NCBI RefSeq assembly: GCF_009914755.1
Contig: NC_060934.1
Origin: the human T2T-CHM13v2.0 reference genome, Homo sapiens
Reading direction: 5' to 3' (one strand)
DNA length: 64,000 bases
The notes under the pieces were generated by a model that was given only the letters and a program-made list of their open reading frames with translations, did not search any database and was not told the DNA's origin. Of the stretch, positions 30,842 to 49,725 are shown piece after piece. How positions within the stretch are numbered: position 1 is the first letter of the stretch; each line of letters opens with the position of its first letter. The position numbers and the translations under genes were made by a program.

Positions 30842-31552
30842 CATTCTTAAGGAAAAGCGAAACCTACATAACAAACCACTAAGAAATGTAATTACATAAA
30901 AATTTAAAATGTCTGTGTGGCAAACACATAACCTCCAGGGACAAGTAATACATTGGGTTTTAAAAAATGGCAATGTATATGACAAAAGGTTAAAAACCTT
31001 TGTATATATAGAGCTTGTAAAAATAGGTTTAAAAACAGTAACAACAACAACTTCAATAGGGATAAATAACAAAAGGCCTAAATTCAAGATATGACATCAC
31101 AAAATTTTAGAACATCAGGAATAAAAAATATTTTATAAGTGAAAGGATCAGGATTCAGGAGAGTATCGACTACAACAATGAAAGCCCGAAGATAATGTTG
31201 TAATGTTTCAAAAATTCTGAAGAAAAAATAATCTCCAACCCAGAAGCTATATGGAGCTAAAACAATTAATAAAGTCTGCAGGCTCCTTAAAGACATCTTC
31301 AAAATTACATTCTTAAGTCAACCACTATGAAGTTTTTGATGAAAATAAGATAGTATCTTCAAGATCTTCAATAGATAAATATTGTTTGTTTAGAACACAA
31401 AAAGCACTAACCCTTTAAAACGTGAAAAATTAGACTTCACCAAAATTTAAAAGGTATGCTCATAAGTAGTTATTATTAAAATTAACTGACAAGCCACAAC
31501 TTGGGAGAAAATATTTGCACACGTATATCTGGCAGAGGTATTGCTTCCAAAA

Positions 31553-33101
31553 TGAGAGGTAACAGCATGCTGGCAGTCCTCACAGCCCTCGCTCGCTCTC
31601 CGCGCCTCCTCTGCCTGGGCTCCCACTTTGGCGGCACTTGAGGAGCCCTTCAGCCCACCGCTGCACTGTGGGAGCCCCTTTCTAGGCTGGCCAAGGCGGG
31701 AGCCGGCTCCCTCAGCTTGCAGGGAGGTGTGGAGGGAGAGGCGCGAGCGGGAACCGGGGCTGCGCGCGGCGCTTGCGGGCCAGCTGGAGTTCCGGGTGGG
31801 CGTGGGCTTGGCGGGCCCCGCCGTCGTAGCAGCCGGTCGGCCCTGCCGGCCCCGGGCAATGAGGGGCTTAGCACCCGGGCCAGCAGCTGCGGAGGGTGTA
31901 CTGGGTCCCCCAGCAGTGCCAGCCCACTGGCGCTGCGCTCGATTTCTCGCCGGGCCTTAGCTGCCTTCCCGCGGGGCAGGACTCGGGACCTGCAGCCCGC
32001 CATGCCTGAGCCTCCCACCCCCTCCGTGGGCTCCTGTGCGGCCCGAGCCTCCCCGATGAGCGCCGCCCCCTGCTCCACGGCGCCTAGTCCCATCGACCAC
32101 CCAAGGGCTGAGAAGTGCGGGTGCACAGCGCGGGACTGGCAGGCAGCTCCACCTGCAGCCCCGGTGCGGGATCCACCGGGTGAAGCCAGCTGGGCTTCTG
32201 AGTCTGGTGGGGAGGTGGAGAACCTTTATGTCTAGCTCAGGGATTGTAAATACACCAATTAGCACCCTGTGTCTAGCTCAGCGCTTGTGAATGCACCAAT
32301 GGACACTCTGTATCTAGCTACTCTGGTGAGGCCTTGGAGAACTTTTATGTCTAGCTCAGGGATTGTAAATACACCAATCAGCACTCTGTATCTAGCTCAA
32401 GGTTTGTAAACACACCAATCAGCACCCTGTGTCTAGCTCAGGGTTTGTGAATGCACCAATGGACACTCTGTATCTAGCTACTCTGGTGGGGACTTGGAGA
32501 ACCTTTGTGTGGACACTCTGTATCTAGCTAATCTAGTGGGGACCTGGAGAACCTTTGTGTCTAGCTCAGGGATTGTAAACGCACCAATCAGTGCCCTGTC
32601 AAAACAGACCACTCCACTCTACCAATCAGCAGGATGTGGGTGGGGGCCAGATAAGAGGATAAAAGCAGGCTGCCGGAGCTGGCAGTGGCAACCAGCTCGG
32701 GTCCCTTTCCACACCGTGGAAGCTTTGTTCTTTCGCTCTTTGCAATAAATCTTGCTACTGCTTTCTCTTTGGGTCCACACTGCATTTATGAGCTGCAACA
32801 CTTACTGCGAAGGTCTGCAGCTTCACTCCTGAAGCCAGCGAGACCATGAGCCCACCGGGAGGAAGAATAACTCCAGATGCACCACCTTAAGAGCTGTAAC
32901 ACTCACCGTGAAGGTCTGCAGCTTCACTCCTGAGCCAGGGAGACCACAAACCCACCAGAAGGAAGAAACTCCGAACACATCCGAACATCAGAAGGAACAA
33001 ACTCCAGGCGTGCCACCTTAAGAGCTGTAACGCTCACCGTGAGGGGCCGCAGCTTCATTCTTGAAGTCAGTGAGGCCAAGAACCCACCAATTCCGGACAC
33101 A
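31553..33101 (+). mobile_element. LTR12C (ERV9) solo LTR, full length
   Basis: tgagaggtaacagcatgctggcagtcctc...aagaacccaccaattccggacaca; ~1.55 kb; TSD AAAA; GC/CpG-rich 5' part; U3 tandem repeats. Confidence 0.97.
32220..32700 (+). promoter_or_regulatory. LTR12C U3 enhancer/promoter: tandem subunits with NF-Y CCAAT boxes and GATA motifs
   Basis: Seven CCAAT (about 32255, 32296, 32374, 32415, 32456, 32584, 32622), repeated tatct(agct); TATA-like GATAAAA at ~32658; AATAAA at ~32744. Confidence 0.8.
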
Positions 33102-33348
33102 AAAATATATGAATAATTCCTAAAACTTAATAACAAACAGTTTAATAAAGAGTAGACAAAAAGCTTGAATAAATACATGAAATAGTGCTGAACATCAGTA
33201 CTCATCAGGAAAAACAAACCAAAACCACAACAAGACACTTTTCACTAAAACAGCTAAAATGAAAAAATAATAATAAATATTGGAGAGGATTTGGAGCCAC
33301 TGGAACTCTTAGATATTGCTAATTGGAGTGTAAAATAGTACAGTCACA

Positions 33349-33710
<362 letters not shown>

Positions 33711-33810
33711 CTACCAATTCCATTTCCAGGTATCCAAAAGAAATAAACAAAAATTAGAAGCAAAATGGCTGGGCTCAATAGCAGAAAGGAGGGTACGAAA
33801 GAAAGAATCA

Positions 33811-34677
<867 letters not shown>

Positions 34678-34759
34678 CTAACGTTCATGTAATCTGTGTA
34701 CTAAAAGGAGAGGAGAAAAAGAGTGATGCTTGAAAATTACCTTAAGAAACAATGGCTGA

Positions 34760-35048
34760 GGCAGGGTTCAGTGGTTCATGGCTGTAATCCCAGCACTTTG
34801 GGAGGCCGAGGCAGGTGGATCACTTGAGGTCAGGAGTTCAAGACCAGCCTGGCCAACATGGCGAAACCCCATGTCTACTAAAAATTCAAAAATTAGCCAG
34901 GCATGGTGGTATGCACCTGTAGTCCCAGCTACTCAGGAGACTGAGGCAAGGGAATGACTTGAACCTGGGAGACAGGATTGCAGTGAGCTGAGATCGCGAC
35001 ACTGCACTCCAGCCTGGGCGACAGACTCTATCTCAAAAAAAAAAAAAA
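34760..35048 (+). mobile_element. AluS
   Basis: Alu dimer with A-tail. Confidence 0.95.
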
Positions 35049-35688
35049 GTATGCACTATATGCAAAATACATAAACCTACATATTCAAGAAGCTGAGCTA
35101 ACCTGAAACAGGCTAAGCCCAAATAAATTTACTCCAAGAGATATAATAATTAAACTTCCAAGAAATATCAAAGATAAAGAAAAAATTTTCAAAGCAGCCA
35201 GGGGAAAACAATACCTTACCTACAGAGGAAAACGATTTTAATGACAGTGGATTTCTCATCAGAAACCATGTGAACCCAAAAGAAGTGACACAGTATTTTT
35301 CAGGTGCTGAAAGAGAAAATCCTGTCAACCCAGTGAAAATATCTTTTAGGAATGAAAAGGAAATTAACACATTCTCACATGAAAGAAAACTAAGAGGATT
35401 TGTTATCAGTAGACCTACCCTAAAAGAAATGACTAAAGGAGGTTCTCTAATTAGAAAGGAAACAATAAAAGAAAGAATCTTGGGACATCATATAGCAAGA
35501 AAAAACACAATAAGCAAAAATACAGCTGAATACTAGAGACTTTCCTTCTCTTGAGTTTTCGAAACTTGTTTGATGGCTGAAGTAATCTTTGTAACGTTAA
35601 CAGATGTGATTTTAAATATATGTAGACGAAATTCCTAGAAATTATGTTATAAATGGAAGAGGGTAGAAGGACATAAAGAAAGGTAAGA

Positions 35689-36014
<326 letters not shown>

Positions 36015-36023
36015 TTATTATTA

Positions 36024-36317
36024 TTTTTGTGTGTGTGTGAGATGGAGTCTTGCTCTGTCACCCAGGCTGGAGTGCAGTGGCACGATCTCGGCTCACTGCA
36101 ACCTCTGCCTCCCGGGTTCAAGCAATTATCTGCCTCAGCCTCCCGAGTAGCTGGGATTACAGGTGCCTGCCACCACACTCAGCTACTTTTTGTATTTTTA
36201 GTAGGGATGGGGTTTCACCATCTTGGCCAGGCTGGTCTTGAACTCCTGACATCATGATCCACCTGCCTCGGCCTCCCAAAGTGCTGGGATTACAGGCATG
36301 AGCCACCGTGCCTGGCC
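36024..36317 (-). mobile_element. AluS with (CA)n tail on its own strand
   Basis: Reverse Alu; TSD aggtaag(a/g)ttatt. Confidence 0.95.
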
Positions 36318-36438
36318 AGGTAAGGTTATTCTTATTCATGTTATTCAAAATGGTAAAATGACAACAGTAAACTATGATAAGTTATGTATGTAAAATGTAA
36401 TTCTTATAGCAACCACTGTAAAAGCTATACAAAGAGAA

Positions 36439-36742
36439 GGCTGGGCGCGGTGGCTCACGCCTGTAATCCCAGCACTTTGGGAGGTCGAAGCAGGTGGATC
36501 ACGAGGTCAGGAGATCAAGATCATCCTGGCTAACACGGTGAAACCCCATCTCTACTATAAATACAAAAAATTAGCCAGGCTTGGTGACAGGTGGCTGTAG
36601 TCCCAGCTACTCAGGAGAATGAGTGAATGAGGCAGGAGAATGGCGTGAACCCAGGAGCCAGAGCTTGCAGTGACTGGAGATCGTGCCACTGCACTCCAGC
36701 CTGGGCAACAGAGTGAGACTCTGTCTCAAAAAAAAAGAAAAA
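36439..36742 (+). mobile_element. AluY/Sc
   Basis: TSD aaaagctatacaaagaga. Confidence 0.95.
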
Positions 36743-36873
36743 GCTATACAAAGAGATAAACTTAAGTTTTAAAAAAAAGACAGTAGCTCAATTAAAATGG
36801 AAATCTTAAGGATATTCACATAACCCATGTGAAGGCAGGAAAAAGGAAACAGACAAATGAAAAACAGAGAGAA

Positions 36874-37207
36874 GCTGGGCACAGTGACTCATGCCTTTAA
36901 TCCCAGCACTTTGGGAGGCTGAGGCGGGCGGACCACTTGAGATCAGGAGGTCGAGACCAGCCTGGCCAACATGACAAAACTCTGTCTCTACTAAAAATAC
37001 AATAATTAGCCAGGCATAGTGGCACATGCCTGTAATCCCAGCTGCTTGGAAGGCTGAGGCAGGAGAATCGCTTGAACCTGGGAAGTGGAGGTTTCAGTGA
37101 GCCAAGGTTGCACCAATGCACTCCAGCCTGGTCAACAGAGCAAGACTCTGTCTCAAAAAAAAAGAAAAGAAAGAAAAACAGAAAGAACAAATAAGAAAAC
37201 AAAAAAT
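36874..37207 (+). mobile_element. AluS
   Basis: Alu dimer, A-rich tail. Confidence 0.95.
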
Positions 37208-37726
37208 AGAATGACAAACTGAAGCCCTAATACATCAATAATTACATTAAATGTAAATGGTCTAAATATACCAATTAAAAGACAGATATTGGCAGAATGA
37301 TTTTTAAAACATGACCCAATCCTATGCTGTCTATAAGAAACTCACTTCAAACATAACAATATAGAAAGATTGAAACTAAAAAGATGGAAAAATATATACC
37401 ATGCAAACACTAATTTAAGGAAAATAGGACTGACTATATTAATTTCAGATAAAGTAGACTTCAGAGCAAAAAAAAAAAAAACTGGTTACTAGAGACAGAA
37501 GGGGACATTATATAATGATGAAAAAGATTAATCCCCAAAAAGACATAGCAATCCTAAATCTAAATGCATCAAACAACAGACTCCAAAGAAGCAAAAACTG
37601 ATAGAACTGAAGTAACAGACAAATCCATGATTATAACTAGCAGCTACAACACACCTCTCCCAAAATTTGATAGGACAACTAGACAAAAAGTGAGCAAGAA
37701 TATATTTTAAAAAAATCAACAACATA

Positions 37727-38053
<327 letters not shown>

Positions 38054-38554
38054 CTAAACATTATAGAGCACATTATAGCAGAATACGAATACTTTTCAAG
38101 TGCTCACAGAACATATACCATAAGATAGCCCTTATCCTGGGCCATAAAACAAACCTCCAAACATTTAAAAGAATTGCAATCATACAGTGTGCTCTCTGAC
38201 AATAATGGAATCAAACTAGAAATCAGTAACAGAATGATAAAAGGAAAACTTGCAAACACTTAAAAACCAAACAACACACTTTTAAAAAAGACATGAGGTC
38301 AAAGAGGATCAAAGAGGAGGTTCAGGGGAATTTTTTTTAAGTATATTGAAATGAATGAAAATGAGAATACAGCATATGAAAATTTGCGCTAAAGCAGTGT
38401 TAAGAGAGAAATTTATTTAATGTATGCACTAAATGCATACATTTAAGAAGACAGAAACATTACAAATCAATAATCTAAGCTCCCAACTCAAAAACTTAGA
38501 GTAAGTAGAGCAAAATAAACCCAAAGCAAACAGAAAAAAGAAAATAATAAAGAT

Positions 38555-38605
38555 TTATCAAGCGGAGTCCCATGGATGGAAAAAAAAAGATTTAAATTGT
38601 TTTTA
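38555..38605. other. Unidentified 51-bp insertion in L1, flanked by a 21-bp direct repeat
   Basis: aaaaaagaaaataataaagat at 38534-38554 and 38606-38626. Confidence 0.8.
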
Positions 38606-38874
38606 AAAAAAGAAAATAATAAAGATAAAAGAAGAAATTAATGAAATGGAAAGCAGAAAAACAAGAGAAAATTGATTTTAAAAATAACTGGTTAATTGAA
38701 AAAAGCTGTAAAATCTCTAGCAAGATTAACAAAGAATAAAAGAGGACAGAAATTGCTAACTTAGGAAGTAAACAGAGTATATCACTAAAGACTACGCAGA
38801 AATCAAAGGAGTAATAAGGGAATATTAAGAATAACACTATACACATATATTTGACAACTTAGACCAAAAAATGA

Positions 38875-39271
<397 letters not shown>

Positions 39272-41105
39272 TAATTCATAATTTTAAAACTCCCAAAAAA
39301 GAAATATCCAGACACAGATGGTTTCACTGGAAATTCCAATCTTGTGCATCCCCAAGAGAAACGAAAATTTATTTTCACACAAAAACCTGTACATGAATGT
39401 TTATAGCAGGTTTATCCATAATAGCCAAAACTGGAAACAACTCAGCTGTCTTTAACGAATAAATGGTTAAACAAACTGCAGTATATTCATATCATGGAAT
39501 ACTTCTCAGCAATTTGAAGAAACCAACTACGGATGCACACAATATTTTGAATGAATATCCAGAGAATTATATTCAGTGAAAAAGAAGCCAAACCAAAATG
39601 TTACATACTATATTATTTCATTTATGTAACATTCTTCAAAAGACAATACTTTAGAAATAGAGAAAAAATAGTAATTGCCAGGGGTTAGGGATACGGAGGG
39701 AGTAGGAGGGAAGTGGGTGTATCTATAAAATAACAACATGAAAGATTCCTGTGGTGATAGAAATGTTCGGTATCTTGACTGTATTAATATCAGTATCTTT
39801 GTTGTGATCATTGTACTATGGTTTTGCAAGACAGTACCATTGGGAAAAACTGGGTAAAATTTACACAGAATCTCTGTATTATTTCTTATAATTGCCTGTA
39901 AATCTGTCTAAAATTGTCTCAAAATGAAAAGGTTAATTTGTTTAAATGTACATAACTTATAATTCCACTTACATGAAGCTTTAGAATAGGTAAAATTAGC
40001 CTATGGTGATATAAATCACATCAATTATTGTGGATGGGAGAGATTAATGGACTGGGAAGAGGCACAAGGGAACTTTCTGTTTTTCAGGAAAAACAAATGA
40101 ATATTGGTAATAACAATTTATTTATGAGCTTTGTGGCATTTTATCTTTCCCTAGACCCATCCCTCACTCCCCAGTTAAGCAATATCCTTAAGAATAATAT
40201 ACCATATACTTGGTAATATAAAGAACAGACAGACCTCACTTGAAAAGAATTCTCTTTATTCGATCTGTCTGATGGCTTCCTGAAAGACCCACTCAAAAGG
40301 CTTATCTTTATTTTGCCTAATTTGGTAACTAAATGCTAAATCCACTACCCAAAGGCCATTTGTCAAAAATATTTCCAGGCAAATATTTTAGTTGCTGCTG
40401 CCTGAGACAATGGATAACATTTGTAGCAAACCACACACTAACCAAAATCTTGAGAAGAAAGGCAGGGGAATGAGATTTACGTATGGGCTTTGATTACTCC
40501 TGGAAATCTAAAAGGCCACATGCCACTCAGGGCAATGTACATACTCAGCAAAGACCAGAGAAAGCCCTAAGACCTTATCTCTGAATGACGTCATGGCTCT
40601 GCGCAAGCAGGAAGTGAAGGCAAATGCAGAGTTATCAATTGCCTGGCTGAGTGTTGGAAGGCATGCCCCAAAACATACACGTGGCCCTTCCACAAAGTCT
40701 GGAAGATTTTTAAATTCCATGCCTCTAAGGCAACTGTTCTCTCATTAGCTGACCACTAAGCTAATAGAATAGAGACAGCATTGGCCACACATAACAGAAA
40801 ACACAGACTGTATAGACTTGGTTTAGTAAAGTCACTAAACAAAACAACTACAACTGCAACAAGCAGCACCAAAAATAAACCTTGAGAAGGAGGTAGAATC
40901 TGATTTCCAGAGTTGCCACATTATATTATTCAAAATATCCAGCTTTCAACAAAGAAAAACAATGATGAGGCGTTCAAAGGAACAGGAAGGTATGGCTCAC
41001 AAACAGGAAAAAAAAAAAAAAGAAATCAGTAAAAATTGTGGAAAAGAAAGTCTGGCCCATATACAGAAAAAAAAAATCAGTAAAAATTATATCTGAGAAA
41101 ACCCA

Positions 41106-41432
<327 letters not shown>

Positions 41433-42090
41433 TTAAACCAGCTATTTTAAATATGTTCAAAGAGCTAAAGGAAACCGTGTCTAAAAAACTAAAAGTATAA
41501 TGATGCCTGATAAAATAGAGAATATCACTAAAGAGATACAAATTATTTAAGAAATAAACAAAGTTGAAAATGTGATAACTGAAGTGAAAATTTCATTAGA
41601 AAGACTCATCAGCATATTCAGGCAGGAAGAAGGAAGATTCCATGAACTTTAAGGTAGATCAGTTAATATTATCTTGTTTAAGGAACAGAAAGAATAAAGA
41701 AGATTGAACAGAGCCTCAGAGATCTGTGGTACATCATCAGGCATCCCAATATATGTAAAATATAAGTTCCAGGAAAGAGAAAAGAAAGATAAAGACAGAA
41801 TGTTTAAATAAATAATGGTTGAAAACTTCCCACATTTTATATAAGACATAAATCTACACATCCAAGAACTTCAACAAACTCCAAATAGGATAAACTCAAA
41901 GAAATTCCCATCAAGACACATCGTAAACTGCCAAAAGACAAAGACAAAGAGAGGATCTTGAAAGCAGCAAGAAAGTGATTCAACATATAACAAAGGGTCC
42001 TCAATAAGGTTAATGGCTGATTTGTTATCAGAAATCATTTAAGTCAGAAGGCAAGGGATAATATTGAAAGGGCTGAAAGAAAAAACTGTC

Positions 42091-42433
<343 letters not shown>

Positions 42434-42449
42434 TCAAAAATAAAGGAGA

Positions 42450-43021
<572 letters not shown>

Positions 43022-44516
43022 GGGAGAAGTTAAGACATTCCCAGACAGACAAAAACTCAGGGAGTTCATTGCTAGTAGACCTCTCCTACAAAAAATGCTA
43101 AAGGTAGTCCCTTCGTGCTGAAGTTAAAGGACACTAGACAGTAACTTTGAATTCACATTTTAAATGAAGAACACCAGTAAAGGTAATGATGTAGGTAAAC
43201 ATAAATGACAGTATGAATGTACTTTTTTGTTTGTAACTCCTGTTTTTCTATATGATTTTTAAAATAACTGTATAATGCAATAATTATAAATCTAGATTAA
43301 TGGCCACACAATGTACAAACGTAATTTGTGGCAATAATACTATAAAGAGGAAAGTAAATGGAGACATAGAGGAGCAACATTTTTGTAAATTATTGGAACT
43401 AAGTTGGTATTAATCTAAATCAGATTGTTATAAATTAAAATGTTAATTATAATCCCAGGGGTGATCATTAAGAAATAACTCAAAAAAGAGAAAAAAAAAC
43501 ATTAGTGAAGGAACCAAAAAGAGAATTAAAATGGTCCACTACAAAATACCTTTTTAACACAAAAGAAGCCAGTAATGGAGGAATTGAAAGGGAATAATGG
43601 ATATGAGACATTAAAAAGTAGTGAAATAGGAGCATTAAGTCCTCCCTTATCAGTAATTACATTAAATGAAAACAGATTAAACTCTCCAATTAAAAGATAT
43701 AGATTGGCAGAACAGATTTTTTTAAATGGTCCCACTACATGCTGCTTATAAGAGACTCACTGTAGATTCAAAGACTCAAAGAAATTAAAAGTAAAAGATT
43801 TAAAAAAAAAAAAAAGATATTCCATACTAACAGAAACCGAAAAAGAATTGGAGTGGCTACACTAATGAGACAATACACCTTAAAACAAAAAAGATTATGA
43901 GAAACAAAAAGGATATTATATGATAAAATGGTTCATCCATCAAAAAATAATAGTTATAAACATATATGCAGTTTACAATGGAGCCCTAAAATACATGAAG
44001 CAAAAACTGACAGAACTGAAGGAAGAAATAGACAATGCAAGGACAGTAGTTGGAGACGTCAGTAGCCCACTTTCAATAACTGATAAAGCAACTGAAAAAA
44101 ATATCAGCAAGGAAATAGAAGAATTGAGAAACACTATAAACCAACTAGACTAACAGCCTTCTATAGAACAGTCTGCCTAACAACAGCACAATACACATTT
44201 TTCTCAACTGCACCTGGAACATTTTCTAAGATAGTATGTTAGGACATGAAACAAATCTCATTAAATTTTAAAAGATTGATATCATAAAAAGTATGTTCTT
44301 TGAAACCAATGGAATGAAATCAGAAATCAGTAACAGAGGAAATTTGGAAAATTCACAAATATATGGAAATTAAGAACATATTCCTAAATAACTAATGGGT
44401 CAAAAAAAAATCACTAGGGAAATTTATGGGATGCAGTGAAATCATTGCTCAAGAAGAAATGTATAGCTGTAAATGCCTGCATTATAAAAGAAGAAAGACC
44501 TCAAATAAATAACTAA

Positions 44517-44825
<309 letters not shown>

Positions 44826-44844
44826 TAAGCTTAAGAAACTAGAC

Positions 44845-45140
<296 letters not shown>

Positions 45141-46310
45141 GGAAACTAGAAAAAGAGAAGCAAACTAAATCCAGAGAAAGAAGGAAATAATAAAGAGTAC
45201 AGCAGAGATAACCAAAATAGCAAATATATAAATAATAAAGAAAATCAGCAAAGCCTAAAATTAGTTCTTTGAAAAGATCAACAAAGTTGTCAAACCTTTA
45301 GTTAAACTGACAAGTGAAAAAGAGGAGACTGAAATTACTAAAATCAAGAATGAAAGAGGGGACTTCACTACTAATCTTATAAAAATAGAAAGATCATAAA
45401 GGAATATTATGAGCAATTGCATACCAACAAATTAGTTGATCTAGGTGAAATGAACAAATTCTTAGAAACACACGAACTATCGAAACTGACTCTTGAAGAA
45501 ATAGAAAATCTGAGCAGAACTATACTAAATAAACAGATAGAGTCATCAATTGAAAAACTTCCAACAAAGAAAAGCTCAATCCCAGAGTGTTTCACTGGTG
45601 AATGCTACCAAACCTTTAAAGCAGAATTAGTAGCAATTCTTCTCAAACACTTGCCAAAAATAGAGGAGGAAGAATCACTTCCCGACTTACTCTATGAGGC
45701 CACTGTTACCCTGATACTAAAGCCAGGCAAAGACATCACAAGAGAAAAAAGCTACAGACCAATATCCCTTATTACTACAGATGCAAAATCATCAACAAAA
45801 TAATAGCAAACTGAATCCAGCAGCATATTGAACGGACTATACACCACAATCAAATGGAATTTATTCCCCAAATGCAAAGATGGTTCAATATGAAAATCAA
45901 TCAATGTAATACACCATATTAATAGAATAAAGGAAAAACTAAATGTGATGATCTCAATAAACACAGAAAAGGCATTCATCAAAACCCAGCAGACTTTTAT
46001 GTTAAAAAAAACAACAACAACAACAACATTCAACAAACTAGGAATAGAAAGCATCTTCCTTAACCTAATAAAGGGCTTCAATGAAAAACCCATGGCTAAC
46101 TTCATAGTCAATGGTGAAAGACTAAAAACTTCCTGCTGAGGTTAGAAATAAGATAAGGATGTCCACTCTTGCCACTTCTATTCAACATAGTACTGGAAGT
46201 TCTGGATAGGCAATTAGGCATCAAAAAGAAATAGAAGGCATTCATATTAAAAAGGAAGAAGCAAAATATCTTCATTTGCAAATGAAATAATTTTGTATGT
46301 AGAAAATCCT

Positions 46311-46619
46311 GGCCAGGTATTTTGGCTCATGCCTATAATCCCAACACTTTGGGAAGGCAAGGTGGGAGGATTGGTTGAGCCCAGGAGAGAGAAGCCAGCC
46401 TTGACAAAACCCTATCTCCACCAAAAAAAATTTTTTTAAATAGCCAGGTGTGGTGGCACACTCCTGTAGTCCCAGCTACTTGGGAGGCTGAGGCAGGAGA
46501 ATCACTTGAGCCCAGAGGTCGAGGCTACAGTGAGCTGTAATCATGTCACTGCATTCCAGCCTGGGTGACAGAGTGAGATCCTGTCTCAAAAAAAAAAAAA
46601 AAAAGAAGAAGAAGAAGAA
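46311..46619 (+). mobile_element. AluJ
   Basis: Alu dimer with (GAA)n tail. Confidence 0.95.
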
Positions 46620-47323
46620 TAAAATCTCAAAGAACCCCCCAAAATACAATTAAAGCTAATAAGTGAGTTCCACAAACTTAAAGGATAAAACCTATAATAC
46701 TTTGTTGTATTTTTATATACTAGCAGTGAAAAACCCAAATACAAAATTAGGAAAACTTCCATTTACAATAGAATCAAAAAGAAACAGGAATAAATTTAAC
46801 TTGTACATTTAAAAAAAGTGCAATATTTGCACATTGAAAACTATAAAATGTTATTAAAATAAATTCAAAAGACCTAAATAGAAAGCCCTCACATTCATGA
46901 ACTGGATGATAGTATTGTTAAGATGATAATACTCCCCAAATTGATCTGCAGATTGAATGCAATCCCTAGCAGAATTCCAGCTACCTTTTTACGGAAATGG
47001 ACAAGATTATCCTAAAATTCATATGGAAATTCAAGGGACCCCAGATAGACAAAACTATTTTGGAATAAAGTAATAAAGTTGGAAGGCTCACACTTTCCAA
47101 TTTCAAAGCTTGCTACAAATCTACAATCATAAAAATAGTGTGGTATTGGTAAAAAGATAGGCAAATATATCAATGGAACATAACTGAAAGTCCAGAAATA
47201 ATCTTACTCATTGATAGTCAATTGATTTTCAAGCATGCAAAGAACATTCAATGGGGAAAAGACAGTCTTAACAAATGGTGTTGGGACAACTGAATATCCA
47301 CATGCTAAAGGATGAATTTGGAC

Positions 47324-48756
47324 TTGATTGATTGATTGATTGATTTTTAATCTTACTTTAATTTCTGGGATACATGTGCAGAACATGCAGGTTTGTTACA
47401 TAGATATACATGTGCCATGGTGATTTGCTGCACCTATTGACCTGTCCTCTAAGTTCTCTCCCCTCACTCCCCATCCCCCAACATGCCCTGGTGTGTGTTG
47501 TTTCCCTCCCTGTGTCCATGTGTTCTCATTGTTCAACTCCCATTTATGAGTGAGAACATGCAGTGTTGGTTTTCTGTTCCTGTGTTAGTTTGCTGAGGAT
47601 GATGACTTCCAGCTTCATCCACGTCCCTGCAAAGGACATGAACTCATCCTTTTTTATGGTTGCATAGTATTCCCTGGTGTTTATGTGCCACATTTTCTTT
47701 ATCCAGTCTATCATTGATAGGCATTTTGGTTGGTTCCAAGTCTTTGCTATTGTGAAGAGTGCTGCAATAAACATATGTGCATGTGTCTTTATAGTAGAAT
47801 GATTTATAATCCTTTGGGTATATACCCAGTAATGGGATTGCTGGGTCAAATGGTATTTCTGGTTCTAGATCCTTGAGGAATCACCACACTGTCTTCCACA
47901 ACTGTTGAACTAATTTACATTCCCACCGACAGTGTAAAAGTGTTTCTATTTCTACACAGCCTTGCCAGCATCTATTGTTTCTTGACTTTTTAATAATCGC
48001 CATTCTGACTGGTGTGAGATGCTATCTCATTGTGATTTTGATTTGCATTTCTCTAATAATCAGTGATATTGGGCTTTTTTTCATATGGTTGTTGGCCATG
48101 TAGATGTCTTCTTTTGAGAAGTATCTGTTCATATTCTTTGCCCACTTTTTGATGGAGTCGTTTGTTTTTTTTCTTATAAATTTGTTTTAAGTTCGTTGTA
48201 AATTCTGGGTAGTAGACCTTTGTCAGATGGGTAGATTACAAAAATTTTCTCCCATTCAGTAGGTTGCCTGTTCACTCTGATGATAGTTTGTTTGTTTGTT
48301 TGTTTGTTTGTTTGTTTTTGCTGTGCAGACGCTCTTTAGTTTAATTAGGTCCCATTTGTCAATTTTGGCTTTTTTGCAATTGCTTTTGGCATTTTCGTCA
48401 TGAAGTCTTTGCCCATGCCTATGTCCTGAATAGTATTGCCTAGCTTTTCTTCTAGGATTTTTATGGTTTTGGGTTTTACCTTTAAGTCTTTAATCCATCT
48501 TGAGTTAATGTTTGTATAAGGTATAAGGAAGGGGTCCAGTTTCAGTTTCCTGCATATGGCTAGTCAGTTTTCCCAGCACCATTTCTTGAATAGGGGATCC
48601 TTTCTCCATTCCTTGTTTTTGTCAGGTTTGTTGAAGATCAGATGGTTGTAGATGTGTGATGCTATTTCTGTGTTATTTCTGAGCTCTCTGTTCTGTTCCA
48701 TTGGTCTATATGTCTGTTTTTGTACCAGTACCGTGCTGTTTTGGTTACTGTAGCCT
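47324..48756 (-). mobile_element. L1PA (approximately PA8-10) 5'-truncated 3' end
   Basis: gatacatgtgcagaacatgcaggtttgttacat 3'UTR; ORF2 C-terminus MFIAALFTIAKTWNQPKC...WIKKMWHI (47544-47849); (TTGA)n tail. Confidence 0.93.
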
Positions 48757-48789
48757 GTTTTACACTGTTGGTGGCCCACCACTGTGGCA

Positions 48790-49725
<936 letters not shown>

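Noticed and set aside
31628-32265. Overlapping GC-rich ORFs of 102-172 aa
   Set aside because: They lie wholly in the GC-rich U3 of LTR12C, where stop codons are scarce in all frames; no recognisable domain.
32220-32630. Regular ~40/80-bp repeats resembling an array
   Set aside because: Known LTR12/ERV9 U3 enhancer subunits.
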